Of a DNA stretch of 64,000 nucleotides, positions 42,343-53,248 are shown piece by piece. The DNA comes from a virus (Duplodnaviria > Caudoviricetes): positions 288,001 through 352,000 of the IMG/VR virus record IMGVR_UViG_3300014205_000170; one strand, written 5' to 3'. Position 1 is the first letter of the stretch. The number at the start of each line of letters is the position of its first letter. Position numbers and translations under genes: made by a program. The notes under the pieces were generated by a model. It was not told the DNA's origin. It did no database searches and saw only the letters and a list, made by a program, of their open reading frames with translations.

Positions 42343-42770
42343 TTACTTACACCAGTAAGATTTATTGTCTTCTGCAATATAATAATAGTTACGCGTTACA
42401 TCATCATAAATGATATTGTAATAATATCCATTATTATAATAAAAAATAATTTACCATCTGAAGTTTGTTTAAATCTAATATTGTTGTGCATATAATCATA
42501 TAATTGATTATTCATAAAATCGAATACTGGCTCTAAGTGTATTTTTAAAGAAAATATTTCTGCTTTTAATTTTTCATTCTCATTTCGTAAACTATCCATA
42601 TCATTTTTAAATGACATAACTTGTTCTTTTGTAAATTTCACATCTTCTTTCTGAGTATTATAAGTGTGAATTTCCTTGAAAATAATCCAAGAAATTGAGC
42701 AAATTGCACAAACAGCCGTTAAAATTGTTGAAACAGCCTTAAATTTATCTGATATTATATTTAATCCCAT
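42343..42770 (-). CDS. Membrane-anchored coiled-coil protein with apparent frameshift at about 42445
   Basis: N-terminal transmembrane segment and coiled coil; the -1 frame continues YYNGYYYNIIYDDVTRNYYIAEDNKSYWCK*. Confidence 0.5.
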
Positions 42771-42824
42771 AATATGTAAATATTCAAAAAATCACTATAT
42801 TTGTCTCAAATTAAGGAGTAAATA

Positions 42825-43415
42825 ATGGAAACCCCAGAATGGATTCGTACTTATAGTGGAAAAAAATTTTACGTTTTTAACCCACGTTTAAAAGATATTT
42901 CAATAGAAGATATTGCACATGCTCTAAGCTTAATGTGTAGATTTACTGGACATACAGAAGAATTGTATTCAGTAGGTCAACATTCACTTATAGTAATGGA
43001 ATTATGCCCAGAAGAATTTAAATTAGAAGGTTTAACTCATGATTTTCCGGAAGCATATATTACAGATTTAGCTACACCAGTCAAAAGAAGAATGCCAAGT
43101 TTTAAAGAATGTGAAGATACTCTTCATACAGCAATAGCTAAAAAGTTTCATTTGCAATTTCCAATGCCTAAAATTATTAAAGAAATTGACCAAGAAGTTT
43201 TTAAGATGGAGTGGGCATATTTGATGGAAAGGAATAAAACTTTGAAAAATAATAAATTTCGCATGAGTAAAGAGGAATTTAAGATTTTATCTCCAAAAGA
43301 AGTAGAAAGAAGGATAATTGAGAGTTTTAATCAGTTGTATGCCAAGAGATTAACAAAAGTAAAAACCGAATCGATTTATAGTAACATTTTAACGAAAAAA
43401 TCGTTAAAACAATAA
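42825..43415 (+). CDS. HD-domain nucleotide phosphohydrolase (YfbR/YfdR-like)
   Basis: IEDIAHALS, RFTGH, YSVGQHS, LTHDFPEAY. Confidence 0.85.
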   Translation: METPEWIRTYSGKKFYVFNPRLKDISIEDIAHALSLMCRFTGHTEELYSVGQHSLIVMELCPEEFKLEGLTHDFPEAYITDLATPVKRRMPSFKECEDTLHTAIAKKFHLQFPMPKIIKEIDQEVFKMEWAYLMERNKTLKNNKFRMSKEEFKILSPKEVERRIIESFNQLYAKRLTKVKTESIYSNILTKKSLKQ

Positions 43416-43424
43416 ATACCTACT

Positions 43425-44207
43425 ATGAAAAATGTCTTATTAATCATTGACCCTCAAAATGATTTTTGTTTACCAACCGGAAGTCTTTATGTTAAAGGAG
43501 CCGATAAGGATATGGAACGATTAGCTTCTTTTATATTAAAAAATATAGAACATATTGACGAAATACATGTTAGTCGTGATATGCATAATTATGATGACAT
43601 TGCTCATGCAAGGTATTGGAAAAATTTTAATGGAGAACTTCCAAAACCTTTTACTAATATCACAGTAGATGATATGAAAAATGGAATTTGGACAACAGCA
43701 AAAGAAGAAGATTATGAAATTGCATTGAAGTATCTTCAAACATTAAAAGATAAAAATAAATTTACACATACAATTTGGCCAGACCATTGTGTTCATGGGA
43801 CAACAGGATTTCAACTTTTCCCTGCTTTAAATGATGTTTTGAATATTTGGGAAGGAAAAACCGAAAAATCTTATATCGTTTATGTTAAAGGAATGAATAG
43901 AAATACGGAACATTTTGGAATGTTTCAAACAGAAGACGATTCAGAAGAATTTAATGAACAAGCATTTAGAAATATTTTTTCAAAAGCGGATAATGTATTT
44001 GTTTCTGGGGAAGCAAAATCACATTGTGTTGCAACTTCTTTACAACAAATAATGGAGCGTGATTCCGAGATGATTTCAAAAATTACCTTATTAACTGATG
44101 CAACATCAGATGTTGAGGGGTTAGGGCATTTAGCAAGTCCTATCTATAAAAAATTACGCGCAAAAGGAATGAAAGAAAATACTACAATAGAAATCACTCT
44201 TGATTAA
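43425..44207 (+). CDS. Nicotinamidase/isochorismatase-family hydrolase
   Basis: IIDPQNDF, WPDHCVHGT, GEAKSHCV. Confidence 0.88.
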   Translation: MKNVLLIIDPQNDFCLPTGSLYVKGADKDMERLASFILKNIEHIDEIHVSRDMHNYDDIAHARYWKNFNGELPKPFTNITVDDMKNGIWTTAKEEDYEIALKYLQTLKDKNKFTHTIWPDHCVHGTTGFQLFPALNDVLNIWEGKTEKSYIVYVKGMNRNTEHFGMFQTEDDSEEFNEQAFRNIFSKADNVFVSGEAKSHCVATSLQQIMERDSEMISKITLLTDATSDVEGLGHLASPIYKKLRAKGMKENTTIEITLD

Positions 44208-44958
44208 TCCATTTACTATAATACAAGGATTTGACGCAAACTTAGCTGAAAACGGTAAAGTAATTGCTATTGCTTCTAGTGCAGCAGGTGGTAGAACTAC
44301 TACTGCTAGTTCTTTAATATATCATTATATAAATCTAGGAATCAATGTTTTTTTATTTTCAGAAGATAAAAAACATTCTGATGTTTTGTTAGAAGAAATT
44401 AAAAATCAAAAAACAGAAAATCAAAATATAGGTTGTTTAATTACGTTTTCTGTTGAAAATTTAAATTATTACTATATTAATGAAAATATTAGAAAAAATC
44501 TACGTTTTTTAACAGGCAATAGTATTGTTGTTATAGATAATAGCTTTTATGAAATATCATTAAAATTTTTTAGCGAAAGGCCAGAAAATGTATTTAGTCG
44601 TTTTGTGTTAACTGAAAAAACTATTATTCTAGATGAATCAAAATCAGATATATTTTATCAAACTCTTTTAAATAAAAAAAGATTTTTGGAACATATAAGA
44701 AAAATAGCATATAACTTTAATATACCAGTTATATTAACAGCCCAGCAAATAAGAACTACAAATAGCAATACTGATTATTTTGGTACTACATTAATGTATA
44801 TGTGTGATGTGTATCTACAATCAGAGAAACTAACAAACAATAGAAAATTTAATTTAAAAGTTATAAAAAGCAGATACGCATCAGCTGCCCAAAATGTTAT
44901 TTGTGAAATTGATGCGAAAAAGTTAATGTTTGTAACAAATTCAAGGATTTTACGTTAA
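44200..44958 (+). CDS. Degenerate RecA/DnaB-like P-loop protein (RFVLTEK motif)
   Basis: Decayed Walker A (AGGRTT), IVVID, IPVILTAQQ, VIKSRY. Confidence 0.55.
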   Translation: MINPFTIIQGFDANLAENGKVIAIASSAAGGRTTTASSLIYHYINLGINVFLFSEDKKHSDVLLEEIKNQKTENQNIGCLITFSVENLNYYYINENIRKNLRFLTGNSIVVIDNSFYEISLKFFSERPENVFSRFVLTEKTIILDESKSDIFYQTLLNKKRFLEHIRKIAYNFNIPVILTAQQIRTTNSNTDYFGTTLMYMCDVYLQSEKLTNNRKFNLKVIKSRYASAAQNVICEIDAKKLMFVTNSRILR

Positions 44959-44976
44959 AATTAAAAAACACAAAAA

Positions 44977-45663
44977 ATGGCAAAGAAAAGATGGACAGAG
45001 TTATTTGTAACAAAGAATGAAAGCTCAGAAGAGCAAAATACTTCTAATTCAAATAATGAGAAGAATACTACTCAAAATAATACCGTTATAAATACTACTA
45101 ATACTAGTAATTTTTTACAAAATTCTACAACTAACAGCAATTCTGGAGCTGTAGACCAAAATTTGATAAATAAATTACAGAGCATTTTTGATAGTGCGAA
45201 TATGCCTGGCCCAGACCTGCATGAATTTATTGTTGCAGTAAAAAAATTAGAAAACAAATCAATAGATGATAAAACCAAATATGAAATGGTTTTTGATGCA
45301 CAAAGTTCAGTAGGTTTAACTAAACAAAAACTTATTGATAGTGGAAAATTTTATATCGACACTTTTAATGATGTAAAGTCTGAATTTGAAAAAGAATACA
45401 AAACAACCTTACAAAATTCAGTAACCAGTCTCAATACTCAGGCAGATAATGTAATTAAAGAAAATGCAGATTTCCAAAAAAGTATTGAAGATATAAATAA
45501 AAAAATTCAAGAAAACTTAATAAGAATGCAAAAACTTAGAACAGACGCATCTGTAAATGAAAATAAGTTGATGCAAGAAAAAATGGCTTTTGAAGGGACT
45601 TTCTCAACATTTTTATCAGGTATTCAAAAATACATTGATGGAGTAAATGTGCATATTAATTAA
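44977..45663 (+). CDS. Coiled-coil protein of the ABC cassette
   Basis: ANMPGPDLHEF followed by a long coiled coil. Confidence 0.6.
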   Translation: MAKKRWTELFVTKNESSEEQNTSNSNNEKNTTQNNTVINTTNTSNFLQNSTTNSNSGAVDQNLINKLQSIFDSANMPGPDLHEFIVAVKKLENKSIDDKTKYEMVFDAQSSVGLTKQKLIDSGKFYIDTFNDVKSEFEKEYKTTLQNSVTSLNTQADNVIKENADFQKSIEDINKKIQENLIRMQKLRTDASVNENKLMQEKMAFEGTFSTFLSGIQKYIDGVNVHIN

Positions 45664-45693
45664 ATCGTAAATTAAAAAACAAAACAAAATAAA

Positions 45694-46710
45694 ATGAATC
45701 TACCAGTTGTTCAATCAAATGATTCTTCAAATAAGAAGAAATTTAAACCGGAACATATCACTCAAGTTTTAGTAGGTGGTGCTCTTATTTATGCATTATA
45801 TTCCGCTGTACCTTTTTTACTTGGAGCTATCCATGGTGCAGTATTGTTAGGAATATTAGGTGCAATACTTTGTATTACGTTTGGAGTGGGTAAAATCGGC
45901 GGAGGCATTCGAAGACTTATTACAACAGCGTTTGTTATTGGTATTAGAGCTTTAACATCGGCTTTTGTAAAAGTTAATCCTTGGGCCATAGTTAAAAATC
46001 ATATTAAAAATATGAAACAATCTCGCGAAGAGATGGATGCTCAAATTACAAACTTAAATGAAGCTGTTGGAAACAATGAATTGCTCATTGAAAAAAATAC
46101 TGCTGAAATGAAGGATGAAAAAGACTGGGGCAGAAAAGAAATTGAGAAAGGAAATAAAGAGAAAGCGGCAGTACATGCAAATCAAGTTGGTCGTCTTGAT
46201 AAATTCAATTCAAAATTAATTACCTTAACTGGTAAAATGCGTTACTTACTTGGATTTTTGGAAAATTTACATGAAAAAGTAGGATACTCAATTACTGATT
46301 TGGAAAATGACCTTAAAGTTCAAGAAATGGAGTATAAGTCTTTATTAGCCGGTACTAATGCTTTTCAAAAGGCCATGAACATTTATAAAGGAAATGTAGA
46401 TGAACTTGAATTGAAAAATATGGCGATTGAAGAAATTGAAACTAAAATAGGTAACTTCCGTGGTCAAATAGATAAAGCATTGCGTGATTCTTCTAAATTT
46501 ATGGCAAGTATGGAAACTATGGATGAAGTAAATATTGAAAGAGGTTTAAAATTATTAGAAAATTTTGACGACAATCAATATGATGACATTTTAAAACAAT
46601 TAGATGCTAATCCGGTTAACTCAGCAGTTAAAATACAGGCCAATCAAGGACAAAACAAATATGGTTCTTTTTTAAATAATAATGTTAAAGACGTAGAAAT
46701 TCAAAAATAA
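45694..46710 (+). CDS. Membrane-anchored PspA-like coiled-coil protein
   Basis: N-terminal transmembrane helices, long coiled coil. Confidence 0.6.
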   Translation: MNLPVVQSNDSSNKKKFKPEHITQVLVGGALIYALYSAVPFLLGAIHGAVLLGILGAILCITFGVGKIGGGIRRLITTAFVIGIRALTSAFVKVNPWAIVKNHIKNMKQSREEMDAQITNLNEAVGNNELLIEKNTAEMKDEKDWGRKEIEKGNKEKAAVHANQVGRLDKFNSKLITLTGKMRYLLGFLENLHEKVGYSITDLENDLKVQEMEYKSLLAGTNAFQKAMNIYKGNVDELELKNMAIEEIETKIGNFRGQIDKALRDSSKFMASMETMDEVNIERGLKLLENFDDNQYDDILKQLDANPVNSAVKIQANQGQNKYGSFLNNNVKDVEIQK

Positions 46711-46764
46711 AACAAAAAATAAATCCAAAACAAAAACAAATAAAAAACAAAAAAAACAAAAATT

Positions 46765-48300
46765 ATGGGAAAGTATACACTTGGGCCAGCGACTAAAATA
46801 TTAGGAATCGTGGCAATCTTAGCAGCAGTATGGTATTTTACACCTTCAAGCTGGTTTTCAAAAACTTCTGGTAAATCCTCAAAAGGAGAAGATATTAGCA
46901 CACCATTATCCGCAGACGAAACAGAAGATGTAATTACAATCGCTGTTCCTACTTGGGGTGGTTATGCCGGTGCGCAGTATTTTAATAACGGATTTAAAGC
47001 AAATAAAGAATCTCGTTTTTATACTGAATATGGGATTTTGGTTGAATTTAAATTAATTGATGATTTCAATGATTCTCGTAATGCATGGAAAAGCGGAGAT
47101 ATTGATTTATTATGGGCAACTGCTGATGCATTCCCAACCGAAGCCGGTGGATTATCAGAATTTAAACCACAAATTTTCTTTCAATGTGATTGGTCTCGCG
47201 GTGGTGATGCTATTGTAGTGCGTCAAGGTATTAAAACTGTATCTGACCTTAAAGGTAAAAAGATTGCAGTTGCACCTATGACTCCATCACATACTTTTTT
47301 ACTTAATTTATTTAAAGCAGGTGAAATTGAAATGAAGGATGTAACTATTATAGAAGTTGCAAATGCAATTGATGCTGCTGATTTATTTAAAAAAGGAGAA
47401 GTTGATGCAGCAGTTTGTTGGAGTCCAGATGATGAAGATTGTGTTGCTAAAGTAAAAGGCTCAAAAGTATTAGTTAATACAAAAACAGCTACAAATATTA
47501 TTGCCGATGTATTTGTTATTAAACAAGATTACTTAGATAAAAACGCTAAAAAACTTGCTAAACTTGTTGAAGGTTGGTTAAAGGGTAATGCTGAGTTAAA
47601 CGCATCAGAAGAAAAATGTAAAGATGCTGCAAAAATTTTAGCAGATGGTTTAAATCAACCAGAAGATTTTTGCTTAACAGCTATTAAAAATGCAAGATTA
47701 TGTACATTTGGAGATAATCAAAATTTCTTTAATGTTACAGGTAAATTTACAGGAGTAACTGGCGAAGCCCTATATAACAACATGAGTATTTTATATTCAA
47801 AAGTGGGTTATTTAAAGAAAAATGTTTCTTGGAGAAATGTAGGTAATTCAGATATTATCAACATGGTTGATTTATCAAATGAAAAAGGTCAGGAAGCAGA
47901 AGTTGATTTTAAATTTACAGCTACTACTGATAAAATGAAGACCGAAGAAGCTATCTCTTCTAAAAAAGTTAGCATTTCTTTTGCGACTGGCCAATGGGAG
48001 CTTGATGATAATACAAAATATATTATCGACCATGAATTTATCGACATTGCAAAAGGATTCTCTAATTCACGTATAAGGATTGAAGGAAATACTGATAATA
48101 CCGGTAATACTTCTCAAAACAAATCTTTATCTTATAAGAGAGCACAATCAGTTGCAAATTATCTTCAAACAACACATGGATTTGATTCTAATCGTTTCGT
48201 GATTGTAGGTAATGGTCCTGATAAACCGGTTTCCGATAATCATACGGAAGAAGGAAAAAGAAAGAACCGTCGTACTGATTTCGAATTGTTACCTAATTAA
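46765..48300 (+). CDS. ABC substrate-binding protein (NMT1/SsuA-like) fused to an OmpA peptidoglycan-binding domain
   Basis: DWSRGGDAIV, DLKGKKIA; IEGNTDNTG...LSYKRAQSV...NRRTDF. Confidence 0.88.
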   Translation: MGKYTLGPATKILGIVAILAAVWYFTPSSWFSKTSGKSSKGEDISTPLSADETEDVITIAVPTWGGYAGAQYFNNGFKANKESRFYTEYGILVEFKLIDDFNDSRNAWKSGDIDLLWATADAFPTEAGGLSEFKPQIFFQCDWSRGGDAIVVRQGIKTVSDLKGKKIAVAPMTPSHTFLLNLFKAGEIEMKDVTIIEVANAIDAADLFKKGEVDAAVCWSPDDEDCVAKVKGSKVLVNTKTATNIIADVFVIKQDYLDKNAKKLAKLVEGWLKGNAELNASEEKCKDAAKILADGLNQPEDFCLTAIKNARLCTFGDNQNFFNVTGKFTGVTGEALYNNMSILYSKVGYLKKNVSWRNVGNSDIINMVDLSNEKGQEAEVDFKFTATTDKMKTEEAISSKKVSISFATGQWELDDNTKYIIDHEFIDIAKGFSNSRIRIEGNTDNTGNTSQNKSLSYKRAQSVANYLQTTHGFDSNRFVIVGNGPDKPVSDNHTEEGKRKNRRTDFELLPN

Positions 48301-48307
48301 TTTTAAC

Positions 48308-48335
48308 AAGAAGGGCTTTTAATCGAGCCCTTCTT
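48308..48335 (+). terminator. Hairpin after the binding-protein gene
   Basis: aagaagggct/agcccttctt. Confidence 0.6.
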
Positions 48336-48348
48336 AATTTTAAACAAT

Positions 48349-49134
48349 ATGTCAAACAAACTTTTTAAACTTAGAGGAGTCGTTGATAAACGATGGGTAA
48401 TTGCTTTAGAAACTGGAGGAATAATCTTATTTTTATTAATATGGCAACTCTTATCTTTTAGATTTCCAGCAGCAGTATTACCATCTCCTGGAGAAGTTTT
48501 ATCTTCTTTTGGAGAATTAAATACACAAGATTTTCTTATTGAAAATACGATGTATTCAATTAAATTAAATTATTATGGTTATTTTGAGGCGATTCTAATT
48601 GCAGTACCATTAGGTTTTCTTATTGGATTATTTCCATTTTTTAAACATATTGCAAGTAAACATGTAGATGCAACAAGATTTATTCCATTAACTGCAATTA
48701 CCGGACTTTTTATTGCTTGGTTTGGCATTCAAGATGGAATGAAAATCCATTTCTTAGCATTTGGTATTATTGTTTATTTGTTACCAGTTGTAGTTCAGCG
48801 AATTTCAGAAGTTGAAGAAGTATATATTCAAACTATACACACTTTAGGTGGTTCTACATTACAAAAGATTTTTCTTGTTTTTGTTCCTGCTGTGTTATCA
48901 AAACTTTTTGATGATATTCGCGTATTAGTTGCTATTAGCTGGACTTATATTATCGTTGCAGAAATGATAAATAAAGAACACGGTATAGGAGCAATGATTT
49001 TTACAGCAGCAAGACAATCACGACTTGATAAAGTATTTGCTATTTTATTTGTGATTATTATAGTAGGTTTTTTACAAGATAAATTATTTAAACTTGTTGA
49101 TAACATGATTTTTAGACACAAATACCAAAAATAA
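48349..49134 (+). CDS. ABC transporter permease (SsuC/TauC-like)
   Basis: LPSPGEV, multiple transmembrane helices, WTYIIVAE. Confidence 0.9.
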   Translation: MSNKLFKLRGVVDKRWVIALETGGIILFLLIWQLLSFRFPAAVLPSPGEVLSSFGELNTQDFLIENTMYSIKLNYYGYFEAILIAVPLGFLIGLFPFFKHIASKHVDATRFIPLTAITGLFIAWFGIQDGMKIHFLAFGIIVYLLPVVVQRISEVEEVYIQTIHTLGGSTLQKIFLVFVPAVLSKLFDDIRVLVAISWTYIIVAEMINKEHGIGAMIFTAARQSRLDKVFAILFVIIIVGFLQDKLFKLVDNMIFRHKYQK

Positions 49135-49937
49135 TGGAAACAGTTAAATTTATAAATACAGAATTACCTGACCTTATTGAGTTAAAAGGCATTAAACAAA
49201 CTTACGATAACAACAAGAAAATAGTTCTTGATAATTTAGATTTACTTATAGAAGACAAACCAAATGCAGCACAATCAGTAGCTATATTAGGAGAGTCCGG
49301 ATGTGGTAAATCAACACTTTTAAGATATATTTGTGGTTTACAAATACCAACAGAAGGAGATGTTTTAATTCGTGGTAAAAAAATCGAACGCAAAGATAGA
49401 ACCGGAATGGTATTCCAACAATACTCGTCTTTGCCTTGGTTAACGGTTTTAGATAATGTTGCACTCGGATTAAAAATTCAAGGAATTGCAAGAAGCGAAA
49501 GAGAAGACCGAGCCATGGAAATGATACGTACTGTAGGTTTAGAAGGTCATGAAAATAAGTATGCAATGTATCCTTCTTTATCTGGAGGTCAATTACAAAG
49601 AGTAGCCATTGGAAGAAGTTTATTGACCAATCCTGACATGATTGTAATGGATGAGCCATTTGGAGCTTTAGACATTAACACTAGGTCTAAAATGCAGGAT
49701 ATGATGCTAAAAATATTGGAAAAATATCAACCAACAGTTGTGTTTGTAACACATGATATTGCGGAAGCTGTATATGTAGCTGATGATGTTTTTATTATGA
49801 AAGCAAATCCTGGACAAATTGTAAAACATATAAAAGTAAGCGAAATGATTTTGGGTCCAAAAACTCGTTTAACAAAAAGAAGCAAAGAATTCATTGATAC
49901 TGTTTGTATGATTGAAGATTTTATGACAAGTATGTAA
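49134..49937 (+). CDS. ABC transporter ATP-binding protein (SsuB/TauB-like)
   Basis: GESGCGKST, LSGGQLQR, MDEPFGALD, VTHD. Confidence 0.95.
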   Translation: METVKFINTELPDLIELKGIKQTYDNNKKIVLDNLDLLIEDKPNAAQSVAILGESGCGKSTLLRYICGLQIPTEGDVLIRGKKIERKDRTGMVFQQYSSLPWLTVLDNVALGLKIQGIARSEREDRAMEMIRTVGLEGHENKYAMYPSLSGGQLQRVAIGRSLLTNPDMIVMDEPFGALDINTRSKMQDMMLKILEKYQPTVVFVTHDIAEAVYVADDVFIMKANPGQIVKHIKVSEMILGPKTRLTKRSKEFIDTVCMIEDFMTSM

Positions 49938-49938
49938 T

Positions 49939-50706
49939 ATGCAAAAAATCTTTTTTATCATATTGTTTTTTATATCCTTATCAGGATATTCAAACAAAGA
50001 TTCAATTAATGTTGATACAACTAAATGTAAAATCGAAAGTTTTTATGAAGTAAATTTATCAAGTAGAAATATTTGGAGAGGAATCGATTTTGGAAATTAC
50101 AGTCCTTGTGTGTTTGGATTAGTTGGAATTACATATAAAAAACTTGAAATAGGTGCTTATGGAATTACATCTCTAACTGGAACTAACATTGGATATGGCA
50201 ATACTTTTAATGTTTATTCAGCATTAAAATTTAAATACATTTCTTTCTATATTGAAGATTATTATTTTAACGGTGATATTTCTAATATTCAAACAGATTA
50301 TCTAGATTGGAATAATACACATTTTCTTGAAAATAGAATAAAAATTGAGCATAAAGGATTTCATCTTATAGGTGGTTATACACTTGCCGGTGGTAAATTT
50401 TACAACATAACTTCACCTTTTAATAATACACAAGCAGTATATTTAGAAGTTGGATACAAACTTAAACATTGGTCTTTATCTATTGGTGGAATTACTGGAC
50501 CTAGCGCTTTAAATTTTCACGACAAAGAGGGGATAACAAACATTCTTTTAAAACATAAAAGTGAGATACAAAAATTAGGAAACCTACCAGTTGAAATTGG
50601 AATGTGTTATAATCCTAATTACAATAATATTGCACCAAAAGGTATTCCTCGTTATGGATACGGAAATAATGCATTTAATTTTTTAATAACAATCATATTA
50701 ATTTAA
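49939..50706 (+). CDS. Putative outer-membrane beta-barrel protein
   Basis: Signal peptide, SRNIWRG, alternating beta pattern. Confidence 0.6.
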   Translation: MQKIFFIILFFISLSGYSNKDSINVDTTKCKIESFYEVNLSSRNIWRGIDFGNYSPCVFGLVGITYKKLEIGAYGITSLTGTNIGYGNTFNVYSALKFKYISFYIEDYYFNGDISNIQTDYLDWNNTHFLENRIKIEHKGFHLIGGYTLAGGKFYNITSPFNNTQAVYLEVGYKLKHWSLSIGGITGPSALNFHDKEGITNILLKHKSEIQKLGNLPVEIGMCYNPNYNNIAPKGIPRYGYGNNAFNFLITIILI

Positions 50707-50708
50707 AA

Positions 50709-51464
50709 ATGGAAAAACGCATAAAAGAGTTAAGAAGTCAACTAGAAGCAGTTGGTCTTACAAGAAAAACTAATTTCTTTTCACTTAATAAAGAACAATT
50801 AAGTGCAGAAACATTATCTTGGACAATTAAAGAATATTCGGCATTATCAAATTCTGCCATCCATCTTTTAATGGATTCTGCAGTAAGAGTTCATGATTGG
50901 GAAAAATTAAAAAATGAAGTTTTAGAAAACATTAATGAAGAAATGGGACTTGAAACAAAAAAAGTTCCTCATCTTGAAATGATGCGAATTGGATATATGA
51001 AAGAATTAGGTATTATTACAGATGAGGTGATACCATCTGATGTTACTAAATCTTTTTTAAATCACATTACAAAAGTTTTCAAACACAATGATAACGCTTT
51101 TCAGGCCGGCGCGTTATTAGCTTTAGAAGGAAGTGCAGTAGAAGAATTTCATATTATGGATGAAATTATTCAAGAATATGCGAAGAAAAGTAAATTAGAT
51201 TTTCAAAAAAATTGGTTAACCAACCTTTATATAGATGGTCATAAGACTTTCGAAATTGGTCATGAGCAACATTTGTTAGATGCTATGTTGCCATATATTA
51301 CAGAAGAAAATTTTTCTAAATTTGAATTAGGATATTCAATAGTAGTAAAATTATTTTCAACTTGGTGGCAACAATTATCTTTAGAAACAGAAGTGTTTCA
51401 ACTAAACAGGAAAATCGCTACAATAAACACTGAAGAACCAGATTTACATAAAGTCTTCGCATAA
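50709..51464 (+). CDS. Heme-oxygenase-like/TenA-PqqC-fold protein
   Basis: NINEEMG...PHLE, ALEG, HKTFEIGHE. Confidence 0.55.
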   Translation: MEKRIKELRSQLEAVGLTRKTNFFSLNKEQLSAETLSWTIKEYSALSNSAIHLLMDSAVRVHDWEKLKNEVLENINEEMGLETKKVPHLEMMRIGYMKELGIITDEVIPSDVTKSFLNHITKVFKHNDNAFQAGALLALEGSAVEEFHIMDEIIQEYAKKSKLDFQKNWLTNLYIDGHKTFEIGHEQHLLDAMLPYITEENFSKFELGYSIVVKLFSTWWQQLSLETEVFQLNRKIATINTEEPDLHKVFA

Positions 51465-51466
51465 AC

Positions 51467-52495
51467 ATGGGTAGTTGGTCAGTCAATTGTGGTATAAGTA
51501 ATATTGCAATAACATCAGGAAATAAATGTGTATTGTTACCTTTAAAAGAAAATAAAGGTGATGAGTCAAAAAAATGGCAAGCAGCCACATTACCAATTTT
51601 TGGTCAATATAATGACTATGGAGGGATTGATGCAATTGAGATTGATGATAATACAAAATTAATTGCAGAGCACTTCGGTGTTAGTATAGAAGAGTTTGCA
51701 ACATTCCTGGTAGACGGTAAATTTACTTATAATAGAGATGAAGCGCAAGAAGTTGCTGCAAAGATTAAAAATCTAGATGAATGTAAAAAATGGAGATTCA
51801 TGTGGATTGATAGACAAGTTTATGATTTTATGATTATAAACTATAGTAAACACAATAAAGGTTATTTAGATTATGGTACACCAGAAATGTTGAAACTCTT
51901 AGGGTTTAAATTAATTGCAGAATCAGATGATTTTAAAAATTATGACCCAAAAAGATTTAATCAACTATGGAAAAAAGGTAATGTTGAAATGTTTAGTGAT
52001 AGCACAACTTTATTATCAAAGAACGGTAAATTTGTTTATCATTATGGAAAAGGAGATGAGTCGAGTATTGAAACGTATTTTGAAGTTCCAAAAGAGCTAG
52101 AATATCTTAAAAACAAAACGAAAAATGAAACATGGAGACTTTTAAGTACTAAAGATGCAAAGGCAATGCTTAGTCCTATTCTAGGAAGTAGATATGATTT
52201 TAATGGGTTATCTGAAATGGTAGAAGAGATAAGACTTAAAAATATAATTGCACCTACTATTTTATATAAAAAATATTATGCAAATCTAGAAATGTTTGGA
52301 GATAAAATTGTTCATCTTATAAACATGATACATAATTTATATCCAATGTCCGGACAATTTGTTCCACATGTATTATATTTAACTCCACAATGTGGTGAAT
52401 ATAAAAAACATCAATCAATACTGGAAAAGTTTGCAGAAATCAACAAAACCTACATTGAACCAGATGATGACACAGATGATTATGATATAGAGTAG
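51467..52495 (+). CDS. Hypothetical phage protein
   Basis: MGSWSVNCGIS...PIFGQYNDYG. Confidence 0.6.
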   Translation: MGSWSVNCGISNIAITSGNKCVLLPLKENKGDESKKWQAATLPIFGQYNDYGGIDAIEIDDNTKLIAEHFGVSIEEFATFLVDGKFTYNRDEAQEVAAKIKNLDECKKWRFMWIDRQVYDFMIINYSKHNKGYLDYGTPEMLKLLGFKLIAESDDFKNYDPKRFNQLWKKGNVEMFSDSTTLLSKNGKFVYHYGKGDESSIETYFEVPKELEYLKNKTKNETWRLLSTKDAKAMLSPILGSRYDFNGLSEMVEEIRLKNIIAPTILYKKYYANLEMFGDKIVHLINMIHNLYPMSGQFVPHVLYLTPQCGEYKKHQSILEKFAEINKTYIEPDDDTDDYDIE

Positions 52496-52608
52496 CAATA
52501 GCCAGTACTTTAAGAGTTACAAAAAGCCAGATATGTGTTGATAATTTTTTTTGTTACTTCGAAAAAAAATATTATATTTGAAAACTTAAAATCACAAAAA
52601 CCATAAAA

Positions 52609-52911
52609 ATGAAAGCAAAAAAAACAAACAATCGCAAGCAGATTAGAAAATCTGTTTCAAAAACAACAAAAAGGAACACGACCAACACTGACAAAACAGT
52701 ACAAAGTGTTGAAAATGGAATTAAAATTGTACAGTATGCAATCAGAAAGAAAACATCTCTTTCAAAAGCATCAGATGATAATGGTCGCGGAAGAAATTAC
52801 GTGTCTGATATCAAAGCTCGTATCGAAAATAACTATAAAAATCGCAGCATCAATCGCGAACTTTATACTACTTTCAAAACCACTTTGAAAAATTACGAAA
52901 GTCAACGATAA
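52609..52911 (+). CDS. Basic small protein, possibly nucleic-acid binding
   Basis: K/R-rich; preceded by TATATTTG (Bacteroidota -7 box) and followed by a terminator at 52934-52964. Confidence 0.55.
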   Translation: MKAKKTNNRKQIRKSVSKTTKRNTTNTDKTVQSVENGIKIVQYAIRKKTSLSKASDDNGRGRNYVSDIKARIENNYKNRSINRELYTTFKTTLKNYESQR

Positions 52912-52969
52912 TATTTCAAAAACAACGACAGAGAAAGGGAATAAATTTATTTATTCCCTTTTTTATTAA

Positions 52970-53248
52970 ATGAAAACATTCATTATAAAATATAAATGTC
53001 AATTTTGTTCTCGGTTAAACTTTGAAAAACCGATGCCTCATAAATGTGTTGGTGGTTATCGAAGAAGAAAACTCATTTGGCACCAATATTTAGTACCTAA
53101 CCAAATTGTTCTGGTTGAAAAATTTTTCCCCGATAATCCAAGAAAAAACGATTATTATTTCATTTTAAAAAACACATTACCATTTTTTTCTTTAAATTCG
53201 TATCTAATAAAACGAAAAGGAGAAAAAAATAATGAAGAAACTATTTAA
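52970..53248 (+). CDS. Hypothetical protein (QIVLVEK motif)
   Basis: CxxC...HxC. Confidence 0.45.
   Translation: MKTFIIKYKCQFCSRLNFEKPMPHKCVGGYRRRKLIWHQYLVPNQIVLVEKFFPDNPRKNDYYFILKNTLPFFSLNSYLIKRKGEKNNEETI

Noticed and set aside
46705-46765. AAAAC-type repeats upstream of the ABC binding protein
   Set aside because: An A-rich translation-initiation region typical of Bacteroidota genes; no spacer structure.
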